A stretch of DNA of 32,000 nucleotides from Candidatus Odinarchaeota archaeon (GCA_016839265.1 JAEOUO010000003.1:30001-62000), one strand, 5' to 3'; counted from the stretch's first letter, positions 8,261-17,685 are shown. Program-made: numbers and translations. Notes: generated by a model from the letters alone, not told the origin.

Positions 8261-11200
8261 TTGGTTAAAAAACACAGCTTCACCATACTAATACTTGTTT
8301 TACTAATAGTACCACTCTTATTTCTACCAAGTGAAACCGTCAGTCAACCTATGGAAGGAGTCCCCTTCGAAGTTAAACCGGTTGGAATAGTTTTCAGTAA
8401 TTTAAGCTTAAGCTGGAAGCAAGTAAACTATAATAATTCTAATATTTCTGTGCCTGTTATAGTGCCATTCTACGTTGTTGAAAGCCATATTTACATGGCT
8501 GGTTTAAGATTCGAAATCATTCCGGAAGAGAATATAACAGGCAGCGAGATCTTAGAGAAATACTCGTGTATAATACTACCAGAGAACATGTACATGTCTA
8601 ATGCCAGCAGACTCGCATTACTAACCTATTATAAAGAATACTTGGAGAACGGTGGAAGCTTAATCGGATTCGGTTATATAGGTGTGAAAAATGAAAATGA
8701 CACCATTTTCCCCACGAATACAGATGTGTTCTGGAGAGAATTATTCAATATTAAAACCAACGGTTTTCTAAACGTAAACTACTCGATTACTACACTAGAA
8801 CACCCTCTTACAAAAGATTACGCGGAGAATACAACTATTCATAGTGGAGGCTTCGGCTTAGATAACATAACTGTGAACTCAACTTCAATAAATACACAAC
8901 CATTTCTTAAAGCGATAGATAATCAAACCGGCGATTTCATAACATATTGCGGATTCGCCTCTCAGATAGGAAACGGTAGAAGTGTGTTTATAAACGTTTA
9001 TGATCTCGGCTTGAACCCGTGGTTTGATAAAACCACGCTACTATTAAAAGCCTTACAGTGGTGTATCTTCCGCGACTATCCGGCTGTAGCCCTACAACCT
9101 ACACCTGGTAGGTTAACATGGATTTTCACCGTCGACCAGGATTGGTGTTTCGCCACAGCTAATACAACAGCTGCTTTAAGACGGCTGTTAACTTTAGCGG
9201 ATACATATTATTTCACATTCGGCTGGGCGATTATAAGCCAGGGACCTGTTAATCAATCCGATGAATACTATGGTTTCATAAATTGGAGTGCATGTAAACC
9301 ATTATTTCTAGAAGCATACAGTAAAGGAAACGATTTAGCGTCACACTCTGTAACCCATGTTTACTGGGATTTAACTCCTGTAAATGAAAGCAGGGTTTTA
9401 AATGAGTTAAATTTAAGCAAGTATCAGATTGAAGGAAACCTGAGTATACCAGTAACCGGTTTACAAGTGTGGGGACAAGGAATCTGGTTCAGCAGGTATA
9501 ATGCGTCAGTCTACCTGCCTCAAGTAGGATACCAGTATATAACAGAGTTAAGCGTAGAAGATTTCCCGTATTTAATGGGATGGGAGTTTTATTATTCAGG
9601 TGGAGAAAACATAGATTTTAATAAAACGGTTTTCGTTATATTCCGTCAATCTTATTCAGATCACAATTATTTCAGTCCAACTCAGATGAATCTTAACTGG
9701 AGTCAAGCGTGGGAGATAGAGAAAGCGAACTTTGATGACGCTTATTTAATCGGTAACGGTATGCCTTACACGCTTCTTTGGCATGATTACTCGATTGATA
9801 ATTCAAGTCGTCTACCGTTATTATATAATATTCTTGATTACGAACTCTGGCAGAGAAGAGACGTATACACTTGTACACCACGCGAGTATTATCATAGAAT
9901 TCAAGCACATGATAAAATCAAGTATAATGTAACATATTATTCGAATAATACTATTCAAATAATTTTAGACACCAGCAGCGTTGAAGATGAATACTTAGAG
10001 TATATTACCGGTCAAATGATAAGATTCGATAATCTCAGCTTATACGTGAAAAACGTGGAAATAGACGCTCAAAATTATCTCGCATACTCGAATAACACGG
10101 TGATACTGCCGAAACTTACTAAGGGTTCTCATACTGTAACAGTAACGTTAGACAGTCAACCGTCAAACCAGCCGCGTATTATCAGCTGTACGTTCGGCGG
10201 GCCTGTAGCCGCCTCTTACACCAGTGAAAAATTCACATTTAATTTTACAAGTCCTAACCAGAAAATTGGGCGAGTACTCTTAGAGTTAAATAATACACCG
10301 GTAACAATATTCGTGAATCGAACACTAACAGATAAATGGTATTATGAAGATAAAACACTCACATTAGCCTTAAACGCTTCAGGTAATACGCTTATAGATG
10401 TTTATTATTCACTCAGATTCACTGCTAACATAGCAGGTGTTGATAAAAGAGTATATTTTCCGAATGATCCTGTAATTGTAAACTATACTTTAAATAACAG
10501 TTATCCGTTCCCGTTAAATCTTAAAATTAAAGCAGTTATCTCAGCTTCGAATATAAGTTTAGGTGAAAGTGAAATAACTTTAACTATAGGCGCAGGTGAA
10601 ACATATACCAGTCATATAACTGTTCAACCTTACTCTACATGGCCTTCAGCTAATTTAAACGTTGAAATAAAGGTTATTTCAGGGTATGCTGTTTTATACG
10701 CTACTACCTCACTTGGAGGCGTATATGTTTACTGGTTTAACGGCGAGCTTTTAATCGCAACGCTAAGTCTCATAGCGGTTTTCACGGCAATAATCGCTTT
10801 CACAAACAAGTTTATCGCATCTGAAAAAATTAAGAAAATAGGCGGTTTCTTCACTAACGGTTTATTCGCAGCAAGCCCTATAATATTCAACTTAGGCTTC
10901 ATATTATTATTAGGCTATCACTACAGTCAAATATTAAACTTCACTGAAAGAGTTACGTTAACGTTAATTTACAGTATTACAATACCGGTGGCGTTCACAT
11001 TCTACGGTTTAGATTATTTAACAAGAAAATACACTTTAGAAGCAGCGTTATCAGAAGATTCAGCTCTTACAAAGAAATACGTTAAGCAGAGTCTTTTAAC
11101 AGGTTTTTATATTTCAGCAATAATTACAGGTGTACTTATATTATTCTCTGCAGTCAGCGGCGTAATCTCTCTAGAAATAGTTTTAACAGCTTTAACCTGT

Positions 11201-12157
11201 ATTATACCGAATATTTTTCTTTTATGTTTTATAGGAGCTTATAAAGCTTTAAATAAGACGCATATAATTGGAGTTGTTTATCTTACAGCTATGGCCTCAA
11301 CAATAGTGGTATCCTTATACACGTCTTATTATATAGGATTACTCGGTGTTATACTATGTTATAGTATAAGTCTTATCGTATCCTGTGTTATTCTATCAGG
11401 ATACTTATTTAACCGTGTTCTCAAAGCAGGAAGGCTACCGTTAGTTGAACCAGTATTCTATCAGAAGCTCTTCAAAGAATCTAAGTTTAATTTGAAAATT
11501 ATTATTTTAGGAGGGTTAATAATCAACCTTTTCATGTTAACAAGCTACCTGGTCTGGTTCAATTACGGGTGGAGTATAACAGGGTACAGTATACTCTTAA
11601 ACGCTCAGCTTCAAACACCTATAGTTATCTTCCAGTTAACGGTTTTCCCTGTAATAGGTATAGTCGGGCTTTTAACGCGAAACGTTGAAACATATCTTAA
11701 CGAGTTCAGCCGTCAAAAACTGTCTAAGAGAAGAATAGTAGAAGAAGCTTACAGTGACGTTTTAAAAACGTATAGAAAAATGATTATAGGAGGATTAGCC
11801 GCAGCGGTTATTATTATAACCCCTATCACATATTTTATGAGTGAAATCCTCTCATACTTCAATCTAACAGTAACCATTCCGTTGATAAATGCGATATTGC
11901 TAGCTGTAGGCTGGGTGATATTTCCAATTCTATTAGCTCAAATATTATTAGCAACTATAATCAGCTTGAAAGATAGTTGCATAAGTTTAACTATAGCGGT
12001 AGCGGTTACTCTTATAATATCATTCACGTTACCGTTAACAGGTTTCTTAAACCCTTATACGAGTATTTTAATCGCGTTCACAGTCGGTTTAATAACAGCT
12101 TTATTCTACTCCGCTGCTACTATGTTAAAAAGATTAAAACATGTTTCAAGATTTTAA
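8261..12157 (+). CDS. Large membrane protein: signal anchor, GATase/ThuA-like domain, CE4/NodB-like polysaccharide deacetylase, beta-rich/Ig-like domains, and a C-terminal polytopic PelG/flippase-like domain
   Basis: N-terminal hydrophobic helix. Deacetylase-like motifs FTVDQD (~9125), ASHSVTH (~9340) and LLWHD (~9775). About 30 N-x-S/T sequons counted by eye in the soluble part. From ~10740 there are roughly a dozen TM helices starting GLFAASPIIFNLGFILLLG...LTRKY, resembling the PelG N-terminus. Confidence 0.6.
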   Translation: MVKKHSFTILILVLLIVPLLFLPSETVSQPMEGVPFEVKPVGIVFSNLSLSWKQVNYNNSNISVPVIVPFYVVESHIYMAGLRFEIIPEENITGSEILEKYSCIILPENMYMSNASRLALLTYYKEYLENGGSLIGFGYIGVKNENDTIFPTNTDVFWRELFNIKTNGFLNVNYSITTLEHPLTKDYAENTTIHSGGFGLDNITVNSTSINTQPFLKAIDNQTGDFITYCGFASQIGNGRSVFINVYDLGLNPWFDKTTLLLKALQWCIFRDYPAVALQPTPGRLTWIFTVDQDWCFATANTTAALRRLLTLADTYYFTFGWAIISQGPVNQSDEYYGFINWSACKPLFLEAYSKGNDLASHSVTHVYWDLTPVNESRVLNELNLSKYQIEGNLSIPVTGLQVWGQGIWFSRYNASVYLPQVGYQYITELSVEDFPYLMGWEFYYSGGENIDFNKTVFVIFRQSYSDHNYFSPTQMNLNWSQAWEIEKANFDDAYLIGNGMPYTLLWHDYSIDNSSRLPLLYNILDYELWQRRDVYTCTPREYYHRIQAHDKIKYNVTYYSNNTIQIILDTSSVEDEYLEYITGQMIRFDNLSLYVKNVEIDAQNYLAYSNNTVILPKLTKGSHTVTVTLDSQPSNQPRIISCTFGGPVAASYTSEKFTFNFTSPNQKIGRVLLELNNTPVTIFVNRTLTDKWYYEDKTLTLALNASGNTLIDVYYSLRFTANIAGVDKRVYFPNDPVIVNYTLNNSYPFPLNLKIKAVISASNISLGESEITLTIGAGETYTSHITVQPYSTWPSANLNVEIKVISGYAVLYATTSLGGVYVYWFNGELLIATLSLIAVFTAIIAFTNKFIASEKIKKIGGFFTNGLFAASPIIFNLGFILLLGYHYSQILNFTERVTLTLIYSITIPVAFTFYGLDYLTRKYTLEAALSEDSALTKKYVKQSLLTGFYISAIITGVLILFSAVSGVISLEIVLTALTCIIPNIFLLCFIGAYKALNKTHIIGVVYLTAMASTIVVSLYTSYYIGLLGVILCYSISLIVSCVILSGYLFNRVLKAGRLPLVEPVFYQKLFKESKFNLKIIILGGLIINLFMLTSYLVWFNYGWSITGYSILLNAQLQTPIVIFQLTVFPVIGIVGLLTRNVETYLNEFSRQKLSKRRIVEEAYSDVLKTYRKMIIGGLAAAVIIITPITYFMSEILSYFNLTVTIPLINAILLAVGWVIFPILLAQILLATIISLKDSCISLTIAVAVTLIISFTLPLTGFLNPYTSILIAFTVGLITALFYSAATMLKRLKHVSRF

Positions 12158-13141
12158 AAAGTAACCGCAGTGCGGGCAATAATTATAATCGCGTTTCACA
12201 AGTCGAGAACATTTAACGCAGAGAAGATTAGGCAGTTCATTAAAACAGTAAGGGCAGATCTTCATGTGAGGCTGTATCATCGACTTACAGTTAAAACATT
12301 CAACAAGCATAGTAGTTTTCAAATTATCGGATTCTTTAATCTGAGATTTAATTTTTTTAATAATATTCGATTTCTTTAAACCGAGCTGTTTTCGAACTAG
12401 TTCAACAGGCACATTTTTAATCAACTGTAAATATATGAAGGTGTTTCTAAGTATTTGAGGGGTAATCTTATACGGAATACTACATGTTTCAGACAGGCGC
12501 TCTGTTATATTCTTGAATATAAAGTTTAAGGAAGCGTAACTTAACTTTCCGCGAGGGTTATTAACCCCTGTTGAGAAAATAAAATCATCTTCGTTTAAAT
12601 AGCTTTTAGAGTTAATATAATCTATAAGATATGTTTGAGCTGTATCTGAGAGGTTTAAAACTCTATAAGGGGGGAAAGGTGAAATTATAATCGACCGCTC
12701 GAAAAGATTTCTTCTACGGAGATTAATAAGCTCTGATGTTTTAATACCTGTCTCTGTGAATAATGAGATAATAGCCTTATCTCTTAGATCATTAGTACAC
12801 TCATATAACGCTTTAAGCTGGTCAACGCTGAGAAAGTGAAGATCTTTTTTAGGATAAAATTTAGGATATGTTACTTTTAAATTAACGTTAAATGATTTCA
12901 AAAAACGGTGAATGACACGAGTGTAACGTGTAACAGTGGAGGGTTTTTTACCCTGGTTTAAAAGGTTTATCTGCCAGTCTTGGATATCTACGTTTTCAAT
13001 CTGCTCAAGTTTTTTATCTTTAATTTTTTTCAAAAAAAGTTTTAAAATTTTAACTACACCATCAATCGTTGACTCTGATTTACCTTGCCTATTCAAAAGT
13101 TCAATGTATTTTTCAATGTAAAAGTTTTCTTTAAAAGACAT
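12146..13141 (-). CDS. XerC/D-like tyrosine recombinase fold lacking catalytic residues, fused to a C-terminal double zinc ribbon
   Basis: SAM-like core-binding N-domain (GKSESTI, GKKPSTV), LRDKAIISLFTETGIKTSEL, ITPQILRNTF and QLGLKKSNII, followed by CFNC/CPYC/CVKC/CPHC. Confidence 0.8.
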   Translation of the reverse strand: MSFKENFYIEKYIELLNRQGKSESTIDGVVKILKLFLKKIKDKKLEQIENVDIQDWQINLLNQGKKPSTVTRYTRVIHRFLKSFNVNLKVTYPKFYPKKDLHFLSVDQLKALYECTNDLRDKAIISLFTETGIKTSELINLRRRNLFERSIIISPFPPYRVLNLSDTAQTYLIDYINSKSYLNEDDFIFSTGVNNPRGKLSYASLNFIFKNITERLSETCSIPYKITPQILRNTFIYLQLIKNVPVELVRKQLGLKKSNIIKKIKSQIKESDNLKTTMLVECFNCKSMIQPHMKICPYCFNELPNLLCVKCSRLVKRDYNYCPHCGYFLKS

Positions 13142-13165
13142 GTTATTAAGATTAAACTGAAAACT

Positions 13166-14488
13166 TTAATAAATTTTAGGTTTCTCTAAAAGATTAAAGT
13201 ATACACTGCGGTAACCGTTTATAAACGTGTTTTCAGAGTAACAGTGAATTATTCTATTTCTAGCTTTTAAACCAGTTTCACGTTTAAGCTCCGGGTTACG
13301 TAAATAGAATAATATAGATTTAGCCATCAACTCGAATTCCCCAGGGTTCACAAGTAAACCGCAACCGTTCACAGGTTCAGGGACACCTCCAACTCTTGTA
13401 GCTACTACAGGTACCCCCGCGCTCATAGCTTCAAGTAAAGCTAAAGGCTGAGCCTCTGAAATACTTGAAAGCGCGAAAACATGAAATCTAGAATATAATT
13501 TTTCAGGAGTTTGTGTTTCCGGTAGAAAGTGAAAGTTGTTCTCTAATCCAAGTTCATCTACTAAAGCTAAACTTTTATTATAATAATCTAAGTCTTCTTT
13601 AGGACCGATAAACTCGAATCGAACGTTAGGCTGCTTATCTACAACAACGCGGGCTGCTTTAATCAACGTTTTAACATCTTTTATAGGGTTTAATCTAGCT
13701 ACAGTTCCGACAACAAACTCTTCATCATCCTCACCGTTCCCGACACTAGAGAAACTAGTGTAATCCACACCGTTAGGGATAGGTTTTATCCTCCCTGGGT
13801 CTGCGCCTAGTTTAAGTTCAAGCGGAATATGAGCTCCAGTGACAGGGGCGATAATATCAGCTGATTTAAAAGAGAATGATACAAGTTTACTTATAAATTT
13901 AAGAAGTTTGATCTGAGTATGATCCTCTGGTTTCAGTATTTTAGGATGCCGTAATTCATCAGGGAAATCGACTCTGCTGAGTCTGAGAACCCATTCTTTA
14001 TAGTAGGAGCCGTGTTCGGTGACTATCACAGGCTTATTATATATTCGTTTAGCTAACCCGGCGATTAAACCAGCGTAGCCAGCGTTTAAAGCATGATAAA
14101 TATCTGCTTCGGGTATCGGTATGTTGAAAACACGTTTTAAAGGTTTTATAAACCCTTCATTCAAATAAGAGTTTGATTGAAAGCTATCAGTTTCACTTTG
14201 AAAAAACTGTTTAATCTTTCTAGTTGAATCATTATCGCACGGTTGAACCGCCTGCTCACTTAAGTCAGAGTTAAAATCCTCCCATATAGGGTATAAATGC
14301 AGCGCTTTCACATTCGGAGGAGGCTTATAATTAAATTTTATTCTTCTATTCGGGGTTAGAGAGACGATTTCAAACTCTATATCAGGCATCTTAGATATTA
14401 AGGTATGAGTCCATTTACTAACCCCGCCTATTGAAAGCGGATAGGTGCCTTCTGTGATTAAACAAACTCGAGTCAAATAATACACCAT
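13166..14488 (-). CDS. pelF: GT4 glycosyltransferase of the PelF (DUF3492) type
   Basis: N-terminus RVCLITEGTYPLSIGGVSKWTHTL, plus DIYHALNAGYAG, TEHGSYYKE, IPNGVD, VARLNPIKDVKTLIKA and SSISEAQPLALLEAM. This is the PelF-characteristic pattern with the GT4 EX7E motif. Confidence 0.82.
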   Translation of the reverse strand: MVYYLTRVCLITEGTYPLSIGGVSKWTHTLISKMPDIEFEIVSLTPNRRIKFNYKPPPNVKALHLYPIWEDFNSDLSEQAVQPCDNDSTRKIKQFFQSETDSFQSNSYLNEGFIKPLKRVFNIPIPEADIYHALNAGYAGLIAGLAKRIYNKPVIVTEHGSYYKEWVLRLSRVDFPDELRHPKILKPEDHTQIKLLKFISKLVSFSFKSADIIAPVTGAHIPLELKLGADPGRIKPIPNGVDYTSFSSVGNGEDDEEFVVGTVARLNPIKDVKTLIKAARVVVDKQPNVRFEFIGPKEDLDYYNKSLALVDELGLENNFHFLPETQTPEKLYSRFHVFALSSISEAQPLALLEAMSAGVPVVATRVGGVPEPVNGCGLLVNPGEFELMAKSILFYLRNPELKRETGLKARNRIIHCYSENTFINGYRSVYFNLLEKPKIY

Positions 14489-14508
14489 TATGTAGTTATA
14501 CTACATAA
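14488..14508. promoter_or_regulatory. Perfect 9-3-9 inverted repeat TTATGTAGT-TAT-ACTACATAA at the pelF start; candidate operator
   Basis: Read directly from the sequence. It lies between a TATA-like TTTAAATAT (minus strand, ~14521-14529) and the pelF ATG. Confidence 0.55.
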
Positions 14509-14550
14509 CAGTATTCAAACATATTTAAAAACCTTGCGTTAGAAGAGGAA

Positions 14551-14772
14551 TTAGGAAGCGCAGCCGATAACCTCCCCAGGTTTATAAAGGTCGTTAAAAT
14601 AAATAGCATCGATTATAGTACTATCTAGATTTTCTGAATCATCAGGATCGATCGAAACGTTTATAGACGGAAGATAATTAGACATAAAACCTCTTAGTAT
14701 TAGACTCTTCTGTAAGGTTAAGGTACGTCTAACCTTTTCAAACAAATATTCGATTTCGTATTCTAGCGACAT
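14551..14772 (-). CDS. Small hypothetical protein
   Basis: Open frame of ~73 aa (MSLEYEIEYLFEK...) filling an otherwise empty gap, with an upstream TATA-like tract; no recognisable motif. Confidence 0.4.
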   Translation of the reverse strand: MSLEYEIEYLFEKVRRTLTLQKSLILRGFMSNYLPSINVSIDPDDSENLDSTIIDAIYFNDLYKPGEVIGCAS

Positions 14773-14852
14773 AATAATCATTATAAAGTTAGCAATAGGT
14801 TATATATAAATTTTTCTAAAATCACAAAATAAAAAATATAAAATTGCGAAAA

Positions 14853-15341
14853 CTATAAAATACCTGAATCCCGAATCATCCTCAAATGGTCAAAAGCCAG
14901 CTGCAGGCTAGAAATCTCTTCAACACTGAAAACACTTATTTCAGCAGCATCACTACTAGCCTTTAAAACACCGCTTAAAAACTCGCAGAGAAAACAAATA
15001 GAGACAACATGACCACGCGGATCACGATTCGGATTAGAGTAGACACCGACAAGCCGGTTAATTTTAACAGTTAAACCAGTCTCCTCCGCAATCTCCCTAA
15101 GCAACGCATCCTCCACAGACTCACCGTACTTTACTATACCACCAGGTAAAGCCCAGAAATCTTTAAAAGGCGGAAAACGCCGTTTAATAAGCACAATTTT
15201 ACCCGGTTCAAATAATATTATACTGTCAACGGCTAAAGTCGGTTGAGTTGAAAAACAAGGCTCATCCCAGCTTCCACCCTTAGGTTTCGCCTTATTTATA
15301 AGCTCAGTTATTTTATCTACAATATCATCACTACCAGTCAA
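14853..15341 (-). CDS. Nudix hydrolase (ADP-ribose pyrophosphatase-like)
   Basis: Nudix box GGIVKYGESVEDALLREIAEETGL, RDPRGH and LAFDH. Confidence 0.92.
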   Translation of the reverse strand: MTGSDDIVDKITELINKAKPKGGSWDEPCFSTQPTLAVDSIILFEPGKIVLIKRRFPPFKDFWALPGGIVKYGESVEDALLREIAEETGLTVKINRLVGVYSNPNRDPRGHVVSICFLCEFLSGVLKASSDAAEISVFSVEEISSLQLAFDHLRMIRDSGIL

Positions 15342-15369
15342 AACGAAAACCTCAACTAATAAAAAATTT

Positions 15370-17004
15370 TTAAGATAAGCCGTAAAATTTTTTATAAATC
15401 TCTGAGGAAGTTAAAGATTTAATATCACGTTTATAATAACCTTCTCTTAGTTTACGCCCTGTTTTAGCCTCCCATTCTTCAATGCTTAAACCATATTTCG
15501 GTTGAATAACATCTCTGTACATCATTGAAAGCGTGTTAAAAGCGCAGAACGGAATCAAACGATCATCAGGAGAAAGATAAATAATATTACACCGTTTCAC
15601 TCTATTCACGTCATAGTTATATAAGTCCATGAAATGCATCATACCTAAGAATAATGTTTTCATATGAAAATCGCCTAAAGCAGAGTAGTCGTGTTTCATA
15701 ATAATGCTTAAAAGCATTCTAGTAATCTTCAAACCTTTAGGTTTCTTGTCATTATCAATAAATCTCTTTAAATTATATAAAAGTTTTAAACCAACCCAGT
15801 ACTTACTCTTACCTTTTTCTAATTCATCCGCTTTCTCTGCAAGATATTCGAAGAATCCTTCAACATCAATAAACTGAGGGATAGGAATATACTTACCGCC
15901 ATCTAGAAAAACATATGTGGCTAACCCGCAGGCGAAGTGATTTGTAAAGTTTATTTGAGGCCGCTTAGTAATCGCTGAAATAATCCGACTGATCGCGCCC
16001 ACACATGGAACAGTATACCAGTCGTCTTTAGATATCTGACCTTCAGTCTGCTCCTCAATTTTTTGAATAACATCTGTGGAAGTGATTCTAAGCTTATCCC
16101 TTTCAGCTCTAGTTATCCTACCAGTCAGAGAGACAGGTTGAAAGTTAACCCCCCGCACTACATCCAAGTTTCTAGCAGCCACATCTATAATATTACCGAG
16201 ATCATGATCGTTAACAGAGTTGATAACAGTCGGCACAAAAACAATACCCATACGATTCGCTTCACGACAGTTTTGAACAGCGAAAGGGACCTCCCAGTGA
16301 TTTTTAGGATTAGTTTCAGGTGAAACACCGTCGAAACTTAAATAAACAGTGTTAACTCCAGCCGCTCTAATCTTTTTAGCAAAATCTTTATCCATAGCCA
16401 GTTTTAAACCATCCGTGTTAAATTGAATATGGCGAACACCCTCATCACGAATAGCTTCGATAACTTCAACAATATCATCACGTATAGAAGGCTCACCGCC
16501 GGTGATTTGAACCGCTAAACCAGGAACAGGCGTTACACTACGAAAATTTCTAACCATACGCCGGATTTCATCTATAGTAGGCTCGAAAACATAACCAGCT
16601 TTCTCAGCGAAGAAAAAGCAATACCAGCAGTTTAAATCACACCTGTTAGTGACAACAAGATTAGCTAAAGCTGGACCGCTTAAATGAATTTTACAGAAAC
16701 CGCAGCTTAAAGGACAAACAGGATTATCTGATTGATTATAAGGGTTACCTATACCGTAACCGTCTTGAGTGTATTTACGACTTTTCAAATATAAATCCAC
16801 GGAGCTCCAATAAATCTCTTCAATATCACCGTGAACATCACATTTTCTAGTAATATACACTTTCCCATCTTTAGAAATAATCTTAGCTGGAAGAATCTTA
16901 TAAACACCGTTAATCCAGCAATCAGGGCAAATAGACTCAGTTAAATCTAGAACATCTTCCTCGTTTAAGGTAGAGGATGAACTTAAACTTTTTTTAGCGA
17001 CCAT
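15370..17004 (-). CDS. tes: Tetraether lipid synthase (Tes/GDGT-MAS family radical SAM)
   Basis: N-terminal CPDC...KCDVHG, CPLSCGFCKIH, radical SAM motif NRCDLNCWYCFF, GVNFQPVS, HFACG, and C-terminal FMDLYNYDVNRVKRC...IPFCAFN. This architecture matches the Tes/MJ0619 family. Confidence 0.82.
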   Translation of the reverse strand: MVAKKSLSSSSTLNEEDVLDLTESICPDCWINGVYKILPAKIISKDGKVYITRKCDVHGDIEEIYWSSVDLYLKSRKYTQDGYGIGNPYNQSDNPVCPLSCGFCKIHLSGPALANLVVTNRCDLNCWYCFFFAEKAGYVFEPTIDEIRRMVRNFRSVTPVPGLAVQITGGEPSIRDDIVEVIEAIRDEGVRHIQFNTDGLKLAMDKDFAKKIRAAGVNTVYLSFDGVSPETNPKNHWEVPFAVQNCREANRMGIVFVPTVINSVNDHDLGNIIDVAARNLDVVRGVNFQPVSLTGRITRAERDKLRITSTDVIQKIEEQTEGQISKDDWYTVPCVGAISRIISAITKRPQINFTNHFACGLATYVFLDGGKYIPIPQFIDVEGFFEYLAEKADELEKGKSKYWVGLKLLYNLKRFIDNDKKPKGLKITRMLLSIIMKHDYSALGDFHMKTLFLGMMHFMDLYNYDVNRVKRCNIIYLSPDDRLIPFCAFNTLSMMYRDVIQPKYGLSIEEWEAKTGRKLREGYYKRDIKSLTSSEIYKKFYGLS

Positions 17005-17085
17005 AAAACCATCACTTCAAAAGTATAAGGTGATATAAATATTATAAATATTTTCCTACATTTTAACATATAAATAGTATATTTT

Positions 17086-17685
17086 TTAGAAACCCCCGTG
17101 CTTCTTACGATACCGGAAGAATCGTTTAATAACCGCGTACTGTTCATAATGAGTGATAGCAGCATGGTGATATTTACTCTCAATCTCTTTAACAGCATCA
17201 TCAGGATAGTAGCCTATATCAATAAGGTAGATTGCAAGCATTGTCCCAGTCCGGCCTAGACCGTTCCTACAATGAACTAGAACAGGTTTCCCCTGCGCAA
17301 GCATCAACCTAACAAAATGGAGGAAAAGTTTAATCTGACTTAAAGAGGGGACACGAACAATTGGGAGAAAGAGATAGTCGAAACCTAAGGCTTCAATAAA
17401 ATTCTTGTTAAGAGGCTCCAATCTTAAAGTAACAATACCTTTCACATTCATTCTATTCAACCAAGCTAACTCAGCTAAAGAATTTAACTGAGCGGAGCCG
17501 GCGATAATATCTTTAATCAACCATTTAAAGAGGGGGGGAGGGCGAAGCTCACCTTCAACTTTTTTAATCAGCTCATCCAAATCCACTTTCTCGTAACGAG
17601 AATAAACAGTTTCAAAAGGAACAATACCGGTATCCTTACGATCCTCACTATCTTTATCGCCGTCGATTCTCCAAAACTTGAACAC
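17086..17685 (-). CDS. Dual-specificity protein phosphatase (CX5R; CDC14/CDKN3-like)
   Basis: P-loop VLVHCRNGLGRTGTMLA. Confidence 0.85.
   Translation of the reverse strand: MFKFWRIDGDKDSEDRKDTGIVPFETVYSRYEKVDLDELIKKVEGELRPPPLFKWLIKDIIAGSAQLNSLAELAWLNRMNVKGIVTLRLEPLNKNFIEALGFDYLFLPIVRVPSLSQIKLFLHFVRLMLAQGKPVLVHCRNGLGRTGTMLAIYLIDIGYYPDDAVKEIESKYHHAAITHYEQYAVIKRFFRYRKKHGGF

Noticed and set aside
12146-13141. Integrase marking a prophage or genomic island
   Set aside because: Catalytic residues are lost, and I saw no adjacent tRNA, att-like direct repeat or viral/plasmid genes.
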